Source: Actinomyces sp.
GTDB taxonomy: Bacteria > Actinomycetota > Actinomycetes > Actinomycetales > Actinomycetaceae
DNA: 64,000 nt
Assembly: GCF_030530635.1 (NCBI RefSeq)
Contig: NZ_JAUMUL010000001.1
Span: 72,548-136,547, forward strand
Direction: 5' to 3'
The notes under the pieces were generated by a model that did not search any database, had not been told where the DNA came from, and saw only the letters and a program-made list of their open reading frames with translations. Positions 59,298 through 64,000 of the stretch are shown one piece after another (position 1 is the first letter of the stretch; each line of letters opens with the position of its first letter). The position numbers were made by a program, and so were the translations under genes.

Positions 59298-60503
59298 CTA
59301 GAACGGCCCCTGCGCCGATGTCGGCCGCAGTGCGGAGGCGAGGGCGGCGCACACCTGCGCAACGTCCGCGTCGCTCAGCGCCAGGTGCAGGGGCAGAGTC
59401 AGTTCACGGGCGTAGAAGGCGTGGGCATTGGGGAAATCGGCGATGTCGAAGCCGAGATCACGGTATGCGGTCAGCAACGGCAGCGGCTTGTAATGCACGT
59501 TGGCAGACACCCCCGCCTCGTACAGGTCCCGGATGATCCGGTTTCGTTCGGTGACCTCGGCCACCGGCAGTGTCGTGATCGCCAGATGCCTGGCTGAGGC
59601 CACGCCTTCGCCGCCGTGATCCAGCAGCTCCACGCCCGTGCCGGCCAGGCCCCGTGCGTAACTGTTGAGCAGTTCGTGACGCCGAGCCATGGTATCGGCA
59701 TAGCGTCCCAGCTGGGACAGGCCTAGTGCCGCCAGCGTGTCGGGCAGATTGCACTTGTAGGCGGGGGCGATCACGTCGTACTCCCAGGAGGCGCCCCGGG
59801 ACTTGGCCAGGGCGTCTTTGGTCTGCCCATGCAGCGAATAGGTGCGCACCCAGTGCGTGAGTTCCTCCTGGTCGACGGGCAGGTCGGCACGCCAAGTCAG
59901 CGCTCCGCCCTCCGCCGTCGTCAGGTTCTTCACGGCGTGGAAGGAGAAGGCAGTCAGGTCCGCCAGGGACCCGCTGGGGCGCCCGTGAAGGGAGGCGCCC
60001 AGCGAGTGCGCGGAGTCGGAGATGAGCACCGGGCGGCCCAGGGCCGCACCCAGGCCCGTGTCGATTCGACCCCGGCCGGCTAGCATGCCCTCCAGTGGCC
60101 GGGAGTCGAAGGGGATCCCCGCCAGATCGACCGTGATCACCGCACGTGTTCGATCGCTGACCGCGGCGGCGATGCGTTCGACACCGGGGAAGGGGGAGCC
60201 CGGCTCGGAGTCGACCATGACGATCCTCGCGCCTACGTGTTCGATCACGGATGCCGACGCCGTGTAGGTGTAGGCGGGCACGATCACCTCGTCGCCTGGT
60301 CCGGCACCGGCCGCGCGCAGGGCCAACTCCAGAGCGGCGGTGGCCGAGCCGAGCGCCACCACGCTGGAGGTGCCTGCCCACTGGGCCAGTTGCTCCTCGA
60401 AGCGGCGACCGACCGGTCCGGAGGTGATCCAGCCGGAGCGCAGCACCTCCACCACCGCGTCGATGTCCTCCTCGGTCAGGGTGGGCGGGGAGAAGGGGAT
60501 CAT
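59298..60503 (-). CDS. DegT/DnrJ/EryC1/StrS-family PLP sugar aminotransferase (PglE/PseC-like).
   Basis: N-terminal IPFSPPTLTEEDIDAVVEVLRSGWITSGP, 401 aa. The likely PLP-Lys is in FSFHAVKNL. Confidence 0.85.
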   Translation of the reverse strand: MIPFSPPTLTEEDIDAVVEVLRSGWITSGPVGRRFEEQLAQWAGTSSVVALGSATAALELALRAAGAGPGDEVIVPAYTYTASASVIEHVGARIVMVDSEPGSPFPGVERIAAAVSDRTRAVITVDLAGIPFDSRPLEGMLAGRGRIDTGLGAALGRPVLISDSAHSLGASLHGRPSGSLADLTAFSFHAVKNLTTAEGGALTWRADLPVDQEELTHWVRTYSLHGQTKDALAKSRGASWEYDVIAPAYKCNLPDTLAALGLSQLGRYADTMARRHELLNSYARGLAGTGVELLDHGGEGVASARHLAITTLPVAEVTERNRIIRDLYEAGVSANVHYKPLPLLTAYRDLGFDIADFPNAHAFYARELTLPLHLALSDADVAQVCAALASALRPTSAQGPF

Positions 60504-62434
60504 TGCAGTGCCTCCGCGGAGTCGGCCACGGCCCCGCCGGCGTCGGGCACGCGTACGGCGGGGGCGACTGCCGTGTCGGGTACTTGTAGGGCGTTGTCGG
60601 CAACCACCTCGCGGGCGTCGCCGTCGGGCGTGGTCTGCGGAGTGTCGGCCAGCGGGTCCTCGCCCACGGCCCAGGCGTGCAGTTCCTCAACCGCATGTGT
60701 CGGCTTCTGCCGCACACGCACGTGGCTGACCAGCGGGTGGAAGGGGCGCTCGCCGCGCTCGGCGTGTCCGACCAGCTCCTCAGACAGCTTCTCGCCGGGG
60801 CGCAGCCCGGTGAACTCGATGGGGATGTCCTTGCCGGACTGTGCGATCAGTCGGCGGGCGACCTCGACGATCTTGACCGGTTCACCCATGTCCAGCACCA
60901 TCGTGTCCCCCGGGCGGCCGAAGGAGCCCGCCTGGAGCACGAGCTCACAGGCCTCCGGGATCGTCATGAAGAAGCGCTCCACATCAGGGTGGGTGACGGT
61001 TACCGGGCCGCCCTCCTCGATCTGCCGTTTGAAGGTCCACAACATGGAGCCGCGCGAACCCAGCACGTTCCCGAAGCGCACCGACACGAAGCGTCTGCCG
61101 CAGCCCAGGGCGGTGGCAGTCGTCATGCGCTCGGCGGCGAGCTTGGTACGTCCCAGCACCGACGTGGGGTCGGCGGCCTTGTCCGTGGAGATGTTCACCA
61201 GGGTCTGCACGTCGTACTTCAGCGCCAGCTCGATCACATTGCGCGATCCCAATGCATTGGTCTTCCAACCCTCCTCCGGATACATCTCCAGCATCGGCAG
61301 GTGCTTGAGCGCAGCGGCGTGGAAGACCACCTGGGGGCGGTGCTCGACGAATACCGCTTCCAGGGCCTCCCGGTCACGGATGTCGCACAGCACCATGTCG
61401 CGGGTGTCGAGCAGCCCCTTGCCGTAGATGTCCAGTTGCACGGAGTGCAGGGCCGATTCGTCGCGATCCAGCAGTACCAGTTCCTTGGGACCGAAGCGGT
61501 GAATCTGACGGGCGAGCTCGGAGCCGATCGATCCACCGGCGCCGGTGACCAGCACGGTGTGGCCGGACAGATAGCCGGCGATCTGAGAGACGTCGGTGTG
61601 GATCTCGCGGCGACCCAGCACCTCGGCCAGGTCGATCTCCCGGATGTCGGAGATCTGCAGGGCGCGGTGGGCCAGTTGGCGCACCGGCACGATCGTCATC
61701 ACCCGAATGCCGTGCTCGGCGCAGGAGGTGGTCACCTGCTTCAGGCGGTCGGCGGGGAAGTCGGCGACGGCGATCACCACCGTGGACGCGGAGGCCTCTG
61801 CGCACACATCGATGAGGTCGTCCACGGTGCCGCGCACGGGCACCCCCAGGATCTGCAGGTTCCGCTTGGCGGGGTCGTCGTCCACCAGCCCCACCGGGGT
61901 GAAGGGGGAGACGGCGTCGAACTTGGTCAGGTGGATGATCTGCTCACCGACCCTGCCGGCACCGACGACGATGATCGGATCCTGGTCGCGAGCCACGCGC
62001 TGGTAGTACTGCGAGGTCTGGTAGGTGCTGACCAGTCGCGCCGCGAAGCGCACGGTCAGCGCCGCCAGCAGCGCCAGCGCGAAGGCGGCCACCAGGGTGA
62101 GGGCACGCAGGGGGGTGTCGGTAGCGGCGGCCCATCCGGCGGCCACCACCAGCATGACCAGGGCGGAGACCCCGAACTGGGAGGCGACGGCGGTGGCCTC
62201 CTCGAAGGAGCCGGCCGGGTAGCGCCGTCGGTAGGTCAGCAGCCACAGGTATCCCAGGCACAGGCTGACAACCCCGGCGACGGCGGCGCAGGTCAATACG
62301 GTCAGCGCGCCGGGGGAGGCGAAGGCGTCACCGTGCAGCCGACAGGCCACGAAGGCCGCGAGCAGCCAGAACACGGTGTCGATTACGGGTAAGAACAGCG
62401 GTTGTCGTTCAGGGGTGGAAGTATTCGGTCGCAT
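60500..62434 (-). CDS. Membrane-anchored UDP-sugar 4,6-dehydratase (PglF/CapD/WbpM family).
   Basis: 4 N-terminal TM segments plus a tandem Rossmann fold (VLVTGAGGSIGSELARQI), 644 aa, overlapping the aminotransferase start. Confidence 0.85.
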   Translation of the reverse strand: MRPNTSTPERQPLFLPVIDTVFWLLAAFVACRLHGDAFASPGALTVLTCAAVAGVVSLCLGYLWLLTYRRRYPAGSFEEATAVASQFGVSALVMLVVAAGWAAATDTPLRALTLVAAFALALLAALTVRFAARLVSTYQTSQYYQRVARDQDPIIVVGAGRVGEQIIHLTKFDAVSPFTPVGLVDDDPAKRNLQILGVPVRGTVDDLIDVCAEASASTVVIAVADFPADRLKQVTTSCAEHGIRVMTIVPVRQLAHRALQISDIREIDLAEVLGRREIHTDVSQIAGYLSGHTVLVTGAGGSIGSELARQIHRFGPKELVLLDRDESALHSVQLDIYGKGLLDTRDMVLCDIRDREALEAVFVEHRPQVVFHAAALKHLPMLEMYPEEGWKTNALGSRNVIELALKYDVQTLVNISTDKAADPTSVLGRTKLAAERMTTATALGCGRRFVSVRFGNVLGSRGSMLWTFKRQIEEGGPVTVTHPDVERFFMTIPEACELVLQAGSFGRPGDTMVLDMGEPVKIVEVARRLIAQSGKDIPIEFTGLRPGEKLSEELVGHAERGERPFHPLVSHVRVRQKPTHAVEELHAWAVGEDPLADTPQTTPDGDAREVVADNALQVPDTAVAPAVRVPDAGGAVADSAEALQ

Positions 62435-62651
62435 GATTGGTCACATACCTCTCGGCTGGGGACCGACCCAAGACTCAGGGCGGCACCCTCGCGACCACGA
62501 TAACGTCGGTACTACGGGGCAAGAGCTTTGCCGCCATGGTGCCGACGTCAGGGAGTGGAACGAGGGCGGTTAACATTTAAGACGCAAAATCGGCGGGGGT
62601 CAAACACAATCCGTTTGACGGGCGCGGTGTCTTGGGGTCAGCATGGGTCAA

Positions 62652-62700
62652 GTCATCGCAGACTAGCGCCCTGAACCCGTCTGCGGCCCGAAGCGATGAC
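62652..62700 (+). promoter_or_regulatory. Two-tier hairpin in the 5' leader of the wzx-like gene: GTCATCGCAGAC ... GTCTGC-bulge-GCGATGAC, ending 5 nt before the RBS.
   Basis: Read directly: 12-bp interrupted stem with a 15-nt loop, adjacent to GAGGAG (62705-62710) and the GTG start at 62719. Confidence 0.3.
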
Positions 62701-62718
62701 ACGTGAGGAGAATCTCCA

Positions 62719-64000
62719 GTGTCCACCGCCTCCCCGACCGGCCGTAACCTGACCCGGGGCCTGCCCTGGGTTCTGGTCGGCAACGTCTTGTACATGGCCT
62801 CTGCGGCTTTGCTCACGCTGGTGCTGCCCCGCATCATCTCCGTGGCCGACTACGGGCTGTGGCAGCTCTATCAGCTGTACGTCATGTATTTCGGTTATGT
62901 GACTTTCGGCTACACCGACGGCGTCTACCTGCGCTTGGGCGGGCGGCGCTGGGAGGACATGCCCGGCCCGCGCCTGTCGGCCGGACTGGTCCGGTTGTTC
63001 GTCATGGAGCTGGTGGCCTGGGCCGGCCTGGTGGCGTGGGTGTGGGCCTCGGCCGCTGAGCAGCAGCGGGCGCTGATTCTGGTGCTGGCGGGGGCCGGTG
63101 CCCTGTTCTATGTGCCGCGCACGCTGGTGACCGTGGTCCTACAGATTGCTGGCCGGGCGCGCGCCTTCGCCCTGGGCACGGTTGCCGAACGACTGGTGAC
63201 CTTCATCGGCGTCGGCGGCGCCCTGCTGGTGGGTGTGCGTGAAGTCATTGTTTTCATCGTCTTCGATGCGGTGGGTAAGGCACTGGGCATGGTGATCGCG
63301 GTGCTCATCGCCCGCGGCGTGTTCCTGGCCCGCCCCGACCTGAGCTGGCAGGCGGCTAAGGAGTTCTTCGCCGACTGCGGGGCGGGCATGTTCGTGCTGG
63401 TGTCCAATCTGGCGGCCGCCCTGATCACCTTTGTGGTGCGCTGGGCGGTGGAGAACCGCTGGGGCATCGAGATGTTCGCACAGGTGTCCTTGGCCTTCCA
63501 GTTCACCACCATGTTCATGGTGCTGGTGAACTCGGTGTCGATCTCGGTGTACCCGCAGTTGAGCAACCTGGACCGCGCCCACTACGCCGACGCCTACGCC
63601 GCCCTGCGCTCGCGGTTCGTTACGCCGCTGGTGCTGATGCTGGGCCTGTATTTCCCGCTGGCTTGGGCTCTGCGGGCATGGCTGCCCAATTATGGGCAGG
63701 CGATCTTCTTCCTGGCGCTGCTGTTCCCCTTGAGCGTGTACGAGACCAAGAGCCGAGGGCTGTCGGTGGTGTTCTTGAAGGTCATGCGCCGGGAGCGGAT
63801 GATGGCGCTGATCAATGTGGCCTGCCTGGGCCTGGCGGTGGTCGGAACCTGGTGGACGGTTTACCGGTTGGGCTCGGCGACGGCGGCGGTGTTCCTCATA
63901 GCCGTGGTCTCGGCGGCCCGCTCGATCGCCTCGGAGATGCTGATAAATCGGTTGGTGCGGGTGCCGATCCTGGTCGATACTCTCACCGAGTTACTGGTGT
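62719..64000 (+). CDS. Wzx-like polysaccharide flippase (MOP superfamily), 5' partial; it runs off the window end.
   Basis: GTG start with RBS GAGGAG. VSTASPTGRNLTRGLPWVLVGNVLYMASAALLTLVLPRII is followed by continuous multi-TM hydrophobic sequence to the window end. It is absent from the ORF track because there is no in-window stop. Confidence 0.6.
   Translation, partial: MSTASPTGRNLTRGLPWVLVGNVLYMASAALLTLVLPRIISVADYGLWQLYQLYVMYFGYVTFGYTDGVYLRLGGRRWEDMPGPRLSAGLVRLFVMELVAWAGLVAWVWASAAEQQRALILVLAGAGALFYVPRTLVTVVLQIAGRARAFALGTVAERLVTFIGVGGALLVGVREVIVFIVFDAVGKALGMVIAVLIARGVFLARPDLSWQAAKEFFADCGAGMFVLVSNLAAALITFVVRWAVENRWGIEMFAQVSLAFQFTTMFMVLVNSVSISVYPQLSNLDRAHYADAYAALRSRFVTPLVLMLGLYFPLAWALRAWLPNYGQAIFFLALLFPLSVYETKSRGLSVVFLKVMRRERMMALINVACLGLAVVGTWWTVYRLGSATAAVFLIAVVSAARSIASEMLINRLVRVPILVDTLTELLV

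Noticed and set aside
1-64000. CRISPR arrays, rRNA genes, transposase or integrase genes.
   Set aside because: No regularly spaced direct repeats, rRNA-like segments or transposase/integrase motifs were seen anywhere in the window.

Overview
This 64-kb window is high-GC (about 68-70%) actinobacterial chromosome, probably Actinomycetaceae-like; the archaeal-type ValS, tRNA-Gln/Glu next to gltX and the clgR-DUF3046-recA-recX synteny support that. The backbone is conserved housekeeping in the order known from Mycobacterium and Corynebacterium: gltX, tRNA-Gln, two tRNA-Glu, rnj, a PfkB kinase, ftsK, pgsA, cinA, clgR-like, DUF3046, recA (with a LexA box), recX, ndh, miaB, then an accessory block, then miaA, dapF, clpX and chorismate mutase. 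Accessory content sits in and around this backbone, listed in window order.

1. Four tandem sodium:alanine/glycine symporter (AGCS) paralogs at 1.7-7.9 kb.
2. A DUF559 gene bounded by repeats, lying between gltX and its tRNAs.
3. A roughly 11-kb iron-uptake locus at 31.3-41.1 kb. It has FetM/FTR1-type permease, P19/FetP lipoprotein, a FetA-like Cys-rich membrane protein, two FtsX permeases and an ABC ATPase. It is flanked by a flavinylation module: ApbE FMN transferase, a DM13 protein and an FMN-binding lipoprotein in place of the FetEF thioredoxins.
4. A roughly 110-bp fossil of a second apbE 3' end next to this locus.
5. A lower-GC island at about 46.2-49.0 kb carrying an ABC ATPase and a split FtsX-like permease.
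6. Three tandem long-chain acyl-CoA synthetase paralogs at 49.0-54.9 kb.
7. The start of a surface-polysaccharide locus at 58.6-64.0 kb: Wzz-like protein, DegT aminotransferase, PglF/CapD-like 4,6-dehydratase and a divergent Wzx flippase.

The many long antisense ORFs in the six-frame track are high-GC artefacts and were ignored.
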